A stretch of DNA of 64,000 bases from Minisyncoccota bacterium (GCA_018062285.1 JAGOSO010000005.1:2697-66696), one strand, 5' to 3'. Positions 16,103 through 25,799 are shown, counted from the first letter of the stretch. The notes: generated from the sequence alone by a model not told the origin. Numbers and translations are program-made.

Positions 16103-18448
16103 ATGAATGATGTTGAATCTATCAAGAAATATGTTCGGGCAGCAAACTACGTTTCGGCAGCACAGATTTATTTGAGGGATAACTTTTTATTATCTGATAA
16201 ACTCACTTCGGATGATATTAAACCTCGCTTGCTTGGTCATTGGGGGACTTGCCCAGGGATTAACTTTTTATACGCCAACCTTAACTATTTAATTAAAAAG
16301 CACAGCATCGACATGATGTTTGTTTTGGGTCCAGGGCATGGCTTTCCAGCATTGCAGGCGAATTTGTACATGGAAGGTACGTTGAATAAGTTCTATCCAT
16401 CCGCTATCGCTAACGTTGAAGGTTTGGGCTATCTCGCTAGTCAGTTTAGTTGGCCATATGGTTTTCCAAGTCACTCTAACCCAGGCGCACCAGGCGTAAT
16501 TCTTGAAGGCGGGGAATTGGGTTATTCATTATCGACTTCTTATGGTGCTATTCTGGATAACCCAGACTTGATTGTGACTTGTTTGGTGGGTGATGGTGAA
16601 GCCGAAACTGGTCCAACGGGCACAGCTTGGCATTTGAATAAATTTATTGACCCAGCAACGAATGGGGCCGTGTTGCCAGTGCTTCATTTGAATGGCTACA
16701 AGATTTCTGGCCCAACTATTTTTGGTAGAATGTCGAATCGAGAATTAAAGTCCTTGTTCTATGGTTATGGCTATGAGCCTTTAATTGTCGAAGGCACCGA
16801 CAAGGTGATTTACGAAAAAATGGTAGACACTTTGGACAACGCCTACCGCATGATTCGTTCTATCCAGACCTCAGCCCGCAGCGGTCAGGCGATTGTGTCA
16901 CCACGTATGCCGATGATTATTTTGCGCACACCAAAAGGTTGGACAGGTATAAAAAAAATAAAGGGTGAAAAAATTGAAGGCAATGCTTTGGCCCACCAAG
17001 TTGTGGCGCCGTTAGCCAAATCTGATAAGACAGAATTAAAAGCTTTAGAAAAATGGTTGCAGTCTTACAAAATTGAAGAATTATTTAATCCCGAGACTGG
17101 TTTTTGTGAAGAAGTTAAATCTATCATCCCTGAAGAAGGATTTAAAATGGGTTCAAATCGGCACACTTTTGGTGGAGAAGTCACAAAAGATTTAATTTTA
17201 CCAAAGGTGGATGAGTTTGCTGAAGATTCTGCGGTTCCCGGTACGGTTGGTTCCAGTTCTATGGTCCGAACTGGTCTATATTTGAACGAAGTTTTTAAAT
17301 TAAATAAAGAGCAAGAAAATTTTAGATTATTCTCGCCAGATGAAACCTATTCCAATAAATTAGACACAGTTTTCCAGACTACTTCACGCGCTTTTGTGTG
17401 GCCAATCAAAGAATGGGACAAAGACATGAAGCCTAATGGCCGAGTAATTGAAATGCTTAGTGAACATTCTTTGCAAGGTTTGATGCAGGGCTATGTTTTA
17501 ACAGGCCGACATGGAATCTTTGCGACCTATGAAGCCTTTGTGCAGATTGTTTCCAGTATGTTGGATCAATACGCCAAGTTTTTGAAACAATCTAAAGAAT
17601 TCCCATGGCGTGGAGCAGTCCCATCAATCAATTATATTTTGACTTCTTCTGGTTGGCGCCAAGAACATAACGGTTTCTCGCACCAGAATCCCGGATTCAT
17701 CACCGATATTTTACAAAAGAATGGTTGCAATGCTCATGTGTATTTCCCGCCAGATGGTAATTCAACCTTGGCTGTAGTGGAAAAATGTTTAAATTCCAAA
17801 AATGGCATCAATGTTATCGTGGCCGGTAAAACCCTTGAACCACGTTGGCTAACCCCAGAGCTAGCGGCTCGTCAGTTAGAAAACGGGATGATGATTTGGG
17901 ATTTCGCCAGCGATGCGAGCCCGGACATTGTTTTCAGTGGTGTTGGAGAATATTTGACTAAGGAAGCTTTGGCGGCAATGACGATGATCAAGAATCACAC
18001 CCCAGAAGTGAAGATCAGGTTCGTAAGCATCATGGAGTTGTCTTCTTTGGGTATGGGTAACGCTGATTGCAAAGAGCCATTAAGATTTGATGAATATTTC
18101 ACAAGTGATAAGCCGGTAATATTTAATTTCCACGGTTACCCTCAAACCTTAAAACAGATTTTGTTTGATTCAGGCGAAGCCAGTTCTCGTTTCTCCGTTC
18201 ATGGCTATATTGAAAACGGTTCTACGACCACGCCATTCGATATGCATATCCGTAACCAGACCAGTCGTTATCATTTGGTCATTGATGCTTATGAAAGATT
18301 AATGAAGAGTGGGGTAGTGGACGCCAACAAAGCAGATGATATTATTGCTCAATATAAAACCAAGATTCAACAGCACAGCGAATTCATTCGTAAGAATGGC
18401 GTCGACCCTGAAGAAATTGACCAATGGGAATGGAAAAGAAAAATTTAG
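16103..18448 (+). CDS. xfp: xylulose-5-phosphate/fructose-6-phosphate phosphoketolase
   Basis: 781 aa. Phosphoketolase signature EGGELGYS. TPP-binding GDGEAETG. TATAAT lies 9 nt upstream of the ATG. Confidence 0.9.
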   Translation: MNDVESIKKYVRAANYVSAAQIYLRDNFLLSDKLTSDDIKPRLLGHWGTCPGINFLYANLNYLIKKHSIDMMFVLGPGHGFPALQANLYMEGTLNKFYPSAIANVEGLGYLASQFSWPYGFPSHSNPGAPGVILEGGELGYSLSTSYGAILDNPDLIVTCLVGDGEAETGPTGTAWHLNKFIDPATNGAVLPVLHLNGYKISGPTIFGRMSNRELKSLFYGYGYEPLIVEGTDKVIYEKMVDTLDNAYRMIRSIQTSARSGQAIVSPRMPMIILRTPKGWTGIKKIKGEKIEGNALAHQVVAPLAKSDKTELKALEKWLQSYKIEELFNPETGFCEEVKSIIPEEGFKMGSNRHTFGGEVTKDLILPKVDEFAEDSAVPGTVGSSSMVRTGLYLNEVFKLNKEQENFRLFSPDETYSNKLDTVFQTTSRAFVWPIKEWDKDMKPNGRVIEMLSEHSLQGLMQGYVLTGRHGIFATYEAFVQIVSSMLDQYAKFLKQSKEFPWRGAVPSINYILTSSGWRQEHNGFSHQNPGFITDILQKNGCNAHVYFPPDGNSTLAVVEKCLNSKNGINVIVAGKTLEPRWLTPELAARQLENGMMIWDFASDASPDIVFSGVGEYLTKEALAAMTMIKNHTPEVKIRFVSIMELSSLGMGNADCKEPLRFDEYFTSDKPVIFNFHGYPQTLKQILFDSGEASSRFSVHGYIENGSTTTPFDMHIRNQTSRYHLVIDAYERLMKSGVVDANKADDIIAQYKTKIQQHSEFIRKNGVDPEEIDQWEWKRKI

Positions 18449-19506
18449 TTATTAATTTAGGTAGTTCGTCCAAGAAGTGTGCGCTTTATGGTGAAGCCGA
18501 ACTTTGTGGCATTCATTTAGAAAAAACCAGCACCGGATTCATCGGTAACTTCTGGCAGGGTGCTGACAAAAAAGAAATTGAAGTAACCGATTCTGATTAC
18601 AATGATGCGGGCATCTTTTTGATTAAAATTTCTGGCACTGATATTGCTGATATCGCCAAGATAGGGATTAGGGTCGTTGCCCCTGGAACTTTTTTCCAAG
18701 AAGACAGATTGATTGATGATACCTACGTTTCTAAATTAACTGAGGCTCAGACCATGGCTCCGTTGCACATTGCTCCTGTCCTTGAGGAATTAAAAAAGAT
18801 TAAGGCTTGGTCCGGAGAGATTCCATTGATGGGAATTTCTGACAGTGCTTTTTATAAATCAATGCCAATTGAGGCCAAGTTGTATGGTTTGCCTAAAGAC
18901 GTAACTGAACAAAACGAAATTTACCGCTACGGCTATCACGGTATTTCGATGGCTTCAGTTTTAAGTACATTACAAAAATCAGAAGGCGGTATTCCTGAAA
19001 AAATAATCATCTGTCATTTGGGTAGTGGTTCCACAATCACCGCATTAAAGAATGGCCAGCCAGTTGATACTTCGATGGGCTTTACGCCTTTGGAGGGCGT
19101 ACCAATGGGTTCGCGCGTCGGCAATATTGATGCTTCAGCTGTTTTGTATCTTTTGAAAAAGGGGATGGATGCCAATTCTCTAGAAGAAATGTTTTATAAA
19201 AAATCTGGCTTGTTGGGCTTGAGTGGTCAGACACCTTTTGTAAAAGAATTAATTGATTTAGAAAAATCAGGTGACGCTAATGCAACCCAAGCCTTATTTG
19301 TGTACGCTCGTGCTGTTAAAAAATATATAGGTGCTTATTCTGCCTTATTGGGTGGAGTTGATTTGATTGTCTTCACGGCGACAATCGGTGAACGCTCCGA
19401 CTATATGCGCGACAAAATTACTTCTGGCTTAGAATACTTAAATACCAAAACTCTCGTCGTCCTCACAGACGAAATGTCCGAAATAGCCTCTCGACTAAAG
19501 TCATAA
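18430..19506 (+). CDS. ackA: acetate/propionate-family kinase (acetate kinase)
   Basis: NLVINLGSSSKKCALY (ASKHA N-terminus), YGYHGISM, HLGSGS, DTSMGFTPLEG, and GVDLIVFTATIGERS. The start overlaps the xfp 3' end by about 19 nt. Confidence 0.8.
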   Translation: MEKKNLVINLGSSSKKCALYGEAELCGIHLEKTSTGFIGNFWQGADKKEIEVTDSDYNDAGIFLIKISGTDIADIAKIGIRVVAPGTFFQEDRLIDDTYVSKLTEAQTMAPLHIAPVLEELKKIKAWSGEIPLMGISDSAFYKSMPIEAKLYGLPKDVTEQNEIYRYGYHGISMASVLSTLQKSEGGIPEKIIICHLGSGSTITALKNGQPVDTSMGFTPLEGVPMGSRVGNIDASAVLYLLKKGMDANSLEEMFYKKSGLLGLSGQTPFVKELIDLEKSGDANATQALFVYARAVKKYIGAYSALLGGVDLIVFTATIGERSDYMRDKITSGLEYLNTKTLVVLTDEMSEIASRLKS

Positions 19507-19511
19507 TTCTC

Positions 19512-19540
19512 TTGACGTAAAACCATTTCTGCTTTATTAT
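19512..19540 (+). promoter_or_regulatory. sigma70-like promoter (TTGACG-17-TATTAT) upstream of the small membrane protein gene
   Basis: -35 TTGACG at 19512-19517, a 17-nt spacer, and -10 TATTAT at 19535-19540. A GGAGC-GCAT-GCTCC hairpin sits in the leader. Confidence 0.45.
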
Positions 19541-19605
19541 AGCCCCACCAGGGAGCGCATGCTCCTTATGGTCGCACGTTAACAAATCGCTAAGGAGAAA
19601 GTGCT

Positions 19606-19809
19606 ATGGGTGCAAGTGCTGAAGTTGTCGCCACTGTGTTGGCCCTCGTTGTTGTTTCGGCTGGTCTCGGCTACAGGATTGCCAAAGACCAGGGCCGGAG
19701 CCCTGTGATGGGTCTCTTGGTTGGTGCTGGCCTTTCCATTTTCGGTCTCGGTATTCTGCTGATGGTTGGGAAGAAGATCCAGCATCGCAACAATCATCAT
19801 TCTCACTAA
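19606..19809 (+). CDS. small membrane protein (67 aa, 2 TM)
   Basis: SD AAGGAGA lies 8 nt upstream. Two hydrophobic helices. GC-rich. Confidence 0.5.
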   Translation: MGASAEVVATVLALVVVSAGLGYRIAKDQGRSPVMGLLVGAGLSIFGLGILLMVGKKIQHRNNHHSH

Positions 19810-19818
19810 GGAGTAGTT

Positions 19819-21333
19819 ATGGACAAGAGAAAAGCCACAGGAGTAATCCTTACCCTAGTCGGTGCCGGCATCGGCGTTTGGGTCAGTCTGATCATCGCTG
19901 ACATTCTGACGTTCTGGTGGGTCTACTCAAGTATCACCAACGTCATGTCTGATTACGGCATCAGCGAATATATCGGCAAGATTATTGCCGTTGTGTTCGC
20001 TGCCATGGTCTGCATGGTCATCAACAAGATTCTGGCCAGCATGGCCAAGCGAAACAAGAAATGGGTCCCGATGTTGGCAGGCCTCATGGCGGCGTGGTTC
20101 GTGGTCATGTACTTTGTCTCATCGCCTTACACATCAAGCTTGTTCAATCCTTTTTCTGGGAAAGCGCAGGCCGTGTACCTGAAAATGCCTGATGGGAAGA
20201 TTAAGGCTTTCCCCAAGGGCTTGAAGTTCGATCCTGACACAGGCAAACCTCTGAAGGACTTCGATCCGGCAACGGCCGAAGAGTTTCAGAAGCAGGTTGG
20301 CGCCAAGAAAACATCCTCGAGCTATTTTGGTGATTCGTCATCCATAAAACTCACGAGTTTTATGGATGACATTGAAATTCGTGTAGACAAAGTTCAAGTT
20401 GCACCCGATCGAACGGTTTTACATTTTTCTGCTGGGCCCAACAGTTCGCTCGATGCTTCAGTCGTAATGCCCAGGTCTATTTATCTGACAGACGATAATG
20501 GACGGGTGATCAATTACGTTTCTGATGATGTTGGTTACGAAAACCAGACTATCGCGCTTATTTACGATCGGAAGATACGCCCTGTCAAAGTCGGTGAGAT
20601 TTTTCACTATACGATGACTTTCGGAGCCCTGAGAGAAGGTACTAGCCAGTTGGTATTGCATTACAATCAAGAGGGAACAACAGGTTCGGATGCTGACCTT
20701 ACGGGCTTATTTTCTATGGCCGAAAATATTCCGGCCATACCCGCTCCACCTCCACCTTCTCCGCCTCCGCCATCACCACCAGTGCTGGATAAAGTTGACC
20801 TACCACCTCCACCGAAGGAAACAAGAGATGATCCAACTCTCTATGTTCTGAGTCTTGGTGCGGAGACAACTCGTTTCCATGTCAAAGACATCATCACAAG
20901 AACAGTGAAGGTTAATCGGTATCGTCGTCCCGAAGAAGCTTTTAAGCTGTATGGGTGGATCAACGAAACCAGTGAGTGCAAATTTTCCTCTGTGCCCGCT
21001 GCTGGGCCAGCCGAGGTGGAGATAACTTTTTTCAGAATCGACCCCGATGAAGTTCAGGTTGGGAAAGATTTTGAGAAGGTTTATGATGTTCTGGGTTTGA
21101 AACCAGATCCATACGCCGCAGCTGCTGCGAATGAAGCTGACCCAGATTTGGCCAGAAAATATCCAAGTATTACTCAGTGGCGACATGGTCAGAATGACTG
21201 GCAGTATCAAGTCGTTATTGCCACGACTGATTACAGGGATAAAATCACCTTCTTTTGTGGAGACACTCCCGCATCTTGGTCTTCAATTACTTCGGGGAGA
21301 ACTATTTGGTGGTACACTGGCATCAAGAAATAG
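19819..21333 (+). CDS. membrane protein with proline-rich linker and C-terminal globular domain (hypothetical)
   Basis: SD AAGGAG. 3-4 N-terminal TM helices. PAPPPPSPPPPSPPVLDKVDLPPPP. GC is about 55%. Confidence 0.5.
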   Translation: MDKRKATGVILTLVGAGIGVWVSLIIADILTFWWVYSSITNVMSDYGISEYIGKIIAVVFAAMVCMVINKILASMAKRNKKWVPMLAGLMAAWFVVMYFVSSPYTSSLFNPFSGKAQAVYLKMPDGKIKAFPKGLKFDPDTGKPLKDFDPATAEEFQKQVGAKKTSSSYFGDSSSIKLTSFMDDIEIRVDKVQVAPDRTVLHFSAGPNSSLDASVVMPRSIYLTDDNGRVINYVSDDVGYENQTIALIYDRKIRPVKVGEIFHYTMTFGALREGTSQLVLHYNQEGTTGSDADLTGLFSMAENIPAIPAPPPPSPPPPSPPVLDKVDLPPPPKETRDDPTLYVLSLGAETTRFHVKDIITRTVKVNRYRRPEEAFKLYGWINETSECKFSSVPAAGPAEVEITFFRIDPDEVQVGKDFEKVYDVLGLKPDPYAAAAANEADPDLARKYPSITQWRHGQNDWQYQVVIATTDYRDKITFFCGDTPASWSSITSGRTIWWYTGIKK

Positions 21334-21360
21334 CTGATACATGTTGTATCCAAAACTATC

Positions 21361-21390
21361 GAGCCCGCTTCGTGCGGGCTCTTTTTTTTA
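21361..21390 (+). terminator. rho-independent terminator
   Basis: GAGCCCGC-TTCGT-GCGGGCTC-TTTTTTTT. Confidence 0.7.
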
Positions 21391-22638
21391 CGCATTTTTG
21401 CCGGCGACGAAGCCGGTGGTCCAGCAGAGTTGGAGAGAATAACCGCCGGTGGGGCGGGCGATGTTTAAAATATCACCGGTGACAAAAAGATTTTGAATTT
21501 TGCGAGAGCGCATTGTTTTGAAATCAATTTCTTCTAAAGCAATACCACCGGAAGTGATAACGGCTTTCTCAGTGCCTAATAGGCCTGAGACTCGCATTGG
21601 CAAGGCTTTGATTAGTTGGACCAGGTTCAAACGGGCTTCGCGACTGACGCTGTGGCAAGGTGTTTCTGGATCGATATCAGCAAGGATGCCAAGAGTTTGC
21701 ATTAAGGCATTAGGAAATAGTTCGCTAGAAATATTTTTGAACTTTTTATTAATCTCGCCTTTGAATGATTCTAAAATCGCTGTATCAACTTGTTTGTGAT
21801 CGAGAGAGGGGAGTAAGTCAGCAACAAGAGTAACGGGGGCGTATTCCAAGCGCTCTCGGATTTCGCCGGACATATTTAAAACACCAGGACCGCTAATTCC
21901 AAAATGAGTAAAAAGAAGTTTACCTTTGTGGGTACTTTGTTTGTAGTTATTTTGCATCAAAGAGAACTTAACCATCGGCAAACTAATACCGGAAAGTTCT
22001 TTGACCCAAGACTCGCTTAGTTTAACTGGTACGAGAGATGGATTTGATTCAATAACATTGTGGCCTAAATCTTTTAACCAACCAAAGCCATCACCAGTTG
22101 AACCGGTTTCAGGATGAGACTTACCACCAGTAGCAAGAATGAAAGACTTGGCTTTAATTTCGTCGCCCATGATTCGGACGGCTTCAATCGAGCCATTTTT
22201 ATTCATTACAAAATTTTCAACGGCAGTGTAGGTTTTTATTGTGACATTGCCTTCACGCATGTAGTCGCTCAAAACATTCCAAACCGATTGGGCCTTGTCG
22301 CTAGTAGGGAAGACGCGTAACTCATTTTCAACTTTAGTGGTCATGCCTCGAGAATTAAAAAATTCTAAAGCTTGGGTGGTATCAAATTGCGAGAAAGCGG
22401 AAAATAAAAACTTACCGTCTTTGCCAAATTTTTCTAATAGTTTGCGAGTGTCGGGTTCGGCATTGGTAACATTACATCGGCCACCACCGGTAATCAAAAG
22501 CTTCTTGCCGAGTGTGGCATTCTTTTCAATTAATAAAACCTTTTTGCCGTTAATTCCTGCGGTTCCAGCGGCCATCATTCCCGCTGGTCCACCGCCAATA
22601 ACCACGACATCCCAGATTGTAGAAGCCTTAGTTTCCAT
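21388..22638 (-). CDS. NAD(P)/FAD-dependent oxidoreductase, HI0933/BaiN-like flavoprotein family
   Basis: N-terminal DVVVIGGGPAGMMAAGTAG followed by GGGRCNVTN, both typical of the HI0933 family. 416 aa. Confidence 0.8.
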   Translation of the reverse strand: METKASTIWDVVVIGGGPAGMMAAGTAGINGKKVLLIEKNATLGKKLLITGGGRCNVTNAEPDTRKLLEKFGKDGKFLFSAFSQFDTTQALEFFNSRGMTTKVENELRVFPTSDKAQSVWNVLSDYMREGNVTIKTYTAVENFVMNKNGSIEAVRIMGDEIKAKSFILATGGKSHPETGSTGDGFGWLKDLGHNVIESNPSLVPVKLSESWVKELSGISLPMVKFSLMQNNYKQSTHKGKLLFTHFGISGPGVLNMSGEIRERLEYAPVTLVADLLPSLDHKQVDTAILESFKGEINKKFKNISSELFPNALMQTLGILADIDPETPCHSVSREARLNLVQLIKALPMRVSGLLGTEKAVITSGGIALEEIDFKTMRSRKIQNLFVTGDILNIARPTGGYSLQLCWTTGFVAGKNA

Positions 22639-22730
22639 GTGTTTATTAGTGTATCATACTATTGACTTTTAGCCTAAAAACGTGCTATAATTAAGACTAA
22701 AGCTGAACCTTTTCAATCAGGGGGAAGACC

Positions 22731-23333
22731 GTGGAACATGTCAGGCTCGCCATCGCAGCGGCGGTTGTCATTATCCATGGCACCGCATTCTTTTTCTACA
22801 CCAAGCAGATGAAGCAGGGGCTGACTCGCCCCAACATCACGACTTGGAGCATTACGATGTTTCTCATGGTGCTCAACACCCTGACGTTTCGGGAGATGAG
22901 CAAGGACTTGATAGCAACGGCGCAATTGTTTATCGGCACCACAGGGTGTTCGATTGTTTTCTTTTACGCGCTAGCGAAAGGAAAGTTCTCGGCCCCAGGC
23001 AGAACGGGAGGTTGGTCACTGTTGTTTGGGGTCATTGCCGCAATCGTGTGGTATATGTTTCGAGAAGCATCATGGGCAAACATGATTGTTCTCGTGGCAT
23101 TGTTCGTGGCTCTTATACCGACTTGGGACGGCGTGTATCACGACCCATTTAAAGAGATGCCTCGATCTTGGGCTATGTGGGCATTCGCCTATCTATTAAC
23201 GACGGTGAACATGGTTCTTAATCCGTCGGTCCAACTCGTCGCTCTGGTCAATCCAATTTCTGCAGTGATTGCCCATGGGGTGGTTGCTGTTCTTTGTTCG
23301 GAATTCCGTAAGCGTAATTTCAGGATGCGCTGA
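22731..23333 (+). CDS. integral membrane protein (hypothetical), GC-rich
   Basis: About 6 TM helices. GTG start as in the ORF track. The start is uncertain. Confidence 0.4.
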   Translation: MEHVRLAIAAAVVIIHGTAFFFYTKQMKQGLTRPNITTWSITMFLMVLNTLTFREMSKDLIATAQLFIGTTGCSIVFFYALAKGKFSAPGRTGGWSLLFGVIAAIVWYMFREASWANMIVLVALFVALIPTWDGVYHDPFKEMPRSWAMWAFAYLLTTVNMVLNPSVQLVALVNPISAVIAHGVVAVLCSEFRKRNFRMR

Positions 23334-23349
23334 GGCGCGAGGAGAGGAT

Positions 23350-23754
23350 ATGGCTGTAGGTGGCAAGGCAATCGAGAAGATTTTCTATGCTTCATTGCTG
23401 GGTGTAATCATCATTTCCATCGTGACGGTTTTGTCTCTGACGAGACAGAATCAAACCCTCAAGTCAGAGAATGCGGTGCTCAGGCAGAGTCTCGCTCAGC
23501 TCGCTCGCGAGAACACCGAATCAAAGATTACGCATATCCCCCATGAGTACGACACTGCAGGCAAGGGCATCATCGGATTGGTGCTCGATGGTCGTTACAT
23601 TTTTCAAGTCCCCGGTGCCGCTTCAATAGTTGCCAACGATGTCTCGACTACCATTTTCAAAAGTTATCATGGTGGTCCACCGCCAGCGAAGATTTATGAA
23701 GTAATGCAAGACGGTAAGAAACGTCTCGGTTATGTTCAGGTACTACCTAGGTAG
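23350..23754 (+). CDS. membrane-anchored hypothetical protein (135 aa)
   Basis: SD GAGGAGAGG lies immediately upstream of the ATG at 23350. One TM helix. The ORF-track start at 23269 is less likely. Confidence 0.45.
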   Translation: MAVGGKAIEKIFYASLLGVIIISIVTVLSLTRQNQTLKSENAVLRQSLAQLARENTESKITHIPHEYDTAGKGIIGLVLDGRYIFQVPGAASIVANDVSTTIFKSYHGGPPPAKIYEVMQDGKKRLGYVQVLPR

Positions 23755-23770
23755 TGTAAGTCGGCCTCAC

Positions 23771-23819
23771 GGCCCCAACGGAAAAGGCTCCAGCGAGCCA
23801 CCATCCGTTGGGGCCTTTT
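23771..23819 (+). terminator. terminator
   Basis: GGCCCCAACGG...CCGTTGGGGCC-TTTTT. Confidence 0.6.
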
Positions 23820-23831
23820 TCATACAAAAAA

Positions 23832-23860
23832 TTGATGAAGTACAAAAAATATGTTATAGT
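23832..23860 (+). promoter_or_regulatory. sigma70-like promoter TTGATG-17-TATAGT upstream of the ABC-F gene
   Basis: -35 at 23832-23837, a 17-nt spacer, and -10 at 23855-23860. It lies 25 nt upstream of the ATG. Confidence 0.45.
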
Positions 23861-23885
23861 AGTACCTCAATAAATAACTATTTTT

Positions 23886-25334
23886 ATGGCTGGCGAGGGA
23901 ATCATCAGATTTGAAAAAGTAAGGTTTGAATACGGGCACAATAAACCCATCTTGGAAGAGGTGGATTTTTCGATTCGTCGAGGAATGAAAATGACAATCA
24001 TGGGCCAGAATGGCGCGGGGAAGAGTACAATTTTTGGACTTATCTTCGGCACTCTAAAGCCAGAATCCGGAAGAGTTGTTTTGGCTGACGGTTTAACCAT
24101 TGCGATTTCTCGCCAAGTTATTCCACGTGATCAATTAGATTTAACCGTCCGTGAATTTTTTGAAAAATGTTTTAAAGAGAAAGTTTATGATATTGACCCT
24201 CGTATCGACGATGTTTTGGAGGTCGTAAATTTGAATGCCCCTCACGATAGAATCGTTCGCTCTTTTTCTGGTGGTCAGCAAGCCCGATTGTTGTTGGCTT
24301 CAGCATTAATTCAAGATGCCGATGTTCTTTTGTTGGATGAGCCAACAAACAATTTGGACAAAGCGGGCATTAATCACTTGCGTCAGTTTTTGATTGATTA
24401 CAAAAAAACTTGCTTAGTTATTTCTCACGATGCTGATTTCTTGAATGCGTTTACTCAAGGTGTTTTGTATTTAGATTTGCGTACTCGAAAAGTAGAACAA
24501 TATCAGGGCAACTACACAAACGTGGTTGAGCAGATTGCAGCTCGTATTGAGAAAGAAAATAGTGCCAATGCTCGTTTGGCAAAAGAGGCGATTGAAAAGA
24601 AAGAAAAGGCCAACTTCTTTGCCATGAAAGGTGGACGCTTGCGTGTTTTGGCTAAGCGCATGCGCGAAGACGCTGAAGAGATGGAAGAAGAACAGGTTGA
24701 AGTCCGCAAAGAAGACAAAACGATTCGCCAGTTTACGATTCCGGCTCAAAAAGATTTAATCGGCGACATTGTTGTTTTAACTTCGGTTGGTGTTTTTAAA
24801 AATCATAAACCAGTCCAGAAAAAAGTAGATGTTAAATTAAAAAAGAATCGCCACTTACTACTAGCTGGTCCTAATGGTATTGGGAAAAGCACACTCTTGG
24901 AATCATTGGCTTCCGGTACTGCCAAAGGAGCAAAAATTGCTGAGGGGATTACTGTTGGTTATTATCGCCAAGATTTTTCTACATTGAATTTTGAAGACAC
25001 GGTTTTGCAATCACTGCGTTCAGCTGCCAAAGGTCTCGATGAGCAAGAGATTCGTTCAATTGCGGCCGGATTCTTAATTACAGGAGATGTTGTTAACACC
25101 AAAGTTGGCAGTCTCTCTGAGGGTCAAAAAGGGTTAGTTGCTTTTGCTCGTTTGGTGATGCAGAAACCTGGCCTTTTGATTCTGGACGAACCCACAAACC
25201 ATATAAATTTCCGCCATTTACCTGTAATTGCGGCTGCTTTAGACAAATACGAAGGAGCTATGATTTTGGTCAGTCACGTGCCGGAATTCGTTGAGCAAAT
25301 TAGAATTGACGACACGTTAGAGCTTGGACACTAA
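23886..25334 (+). CDS. ABC-F family ATPase (two tandem ABC domains, no TMD)
   Basis: Walker A GQNGAGKST and GPNGIGKST. Signature LSGGQ and LSEGQ. Walker B LLLDEPTNNLD and LILDEPTNHI. A charged linker lies between the domains. Confidence 0.8.
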   Translation: MAGEGIIRFEKVRFEYGHNKPILEEVDFSIRRGMKMTIMGQNGAGKSTIFGLIFGTLKPESGRVVLADGLTIAISRQVIPRDQLDLTVREFFEKCFKEKVYDIDPRIDDVLEVVNLNAPHDRIVRSFSGGQQARLLLASALIQDADVLLLDEPTNNLDKAGINHLRQFLIDYKKTCLVISHDADFLNAFTQGVLYLDLRTRKVEQYQGNYTNVVEQIAARIEKENSANARLAKEAIEKKEKANFFAMKGGRLRVLAKRMREDAEEMEEEQVEVRKEDKTIRQFTIPAQKDLIGDIVVLTSVGVFKNHKPVQKKVDVKLKKNRHLLLAGPNGIGKSTLLESLASGTAKGAKIAEGITVGYYRQDFSTLNFEDTVLQSLRSAAKGLDEQEIRSIAAGFLITGDVVNTKVGSLSEGQKGLVAFARLVMQKPGLLILDEPTNHINFRHLPVIAAALDKYEGAMILVSHVPEFVEQIRIDDTLELGH

Positions 25335-25467
25335 TTTGTGGGCTGGCTATATACAGCCTGGGGGATTAGTGGTATGCTTCAGGTAAGCAAAAACACTTAT
25401 TTCTAAAGAAGAGTCGTCGACTTCCTCAATAGTTAAATTTGCGAATTCAACTATTAACAAAACAAAT

Positions 25468-25692
25468 ATGAGTCAAGGTACAATCAAACGATTAGTTACT
25501 GACAAAGGTTTTGGCTTCATCACTCCTGATGACAAGTCAGAATTACCTGCAGGAAAAGAAGATTTGTTCTTTCATGCTACTGCCGTTATCGGTGGTGCAA
25601 GAATCGAATCTTTGCAAGAAGGTCAGCGCGTATCATACACATTAGGCGATGGTCCAAAAGGCCCTCAAGCTACTGATGTTTCTGGTATGTAA
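25468..25692 (+). CDS. cold-shock protein (CspA family)
   Basis: RNP1-like KGFGFI, and FFHATAV. 74 aa. Confidence 0.85.
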   Translation: MSQGTIKRLVTDKGFGFITPDDKSELPAGKEDLFFHATAVIGGARIESLQEGQRVSYTLGDGPKGPQATDVSGM

Positions 25693-25699
25693 TTACCAA

Positions 25700-25737
25700 A
25701 ATAAAACCGCCCCGATTTATCGGGGCGGTTTTATTTT
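25700..25737 (+). terminator. rho-independent terminator
   Basis: ACCGCCCCGA-TTTA-TCGGGGCGGT-TTTATTTT. Confidence 0.7.
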
Positions 25738-25799
25738 GGTATATATTGTTGTTTACAAATTCAAGGTAAAATCCTATCATTAAAGTAATAATACCTATC

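Noticed and set aside
20740-20800. CCACC/CCGCC-rich stretch
   Set aside because: It is the coding sequence for the PAPPPPSPPPPSPP proline-rich linker of the 504-aa membrane protein. It is low-complexity coding DNA, not a repeat element.
24471-24749. 92-aa and 68-aa minus-strand ORFs inside the ABC-F gene
   Set aside because: They are antisense to a CDS with duplicated Walker A, signature and Walker B motifs.
25335-25467. GGCTGGCTATATACAGCC hairpin after the ABC-F gene as a terminator
   Set aside because: It is followed by a G-rich stretch rather than a T-rich one. It may belong to the csp 5' leader. There is not enough evidence to call it.
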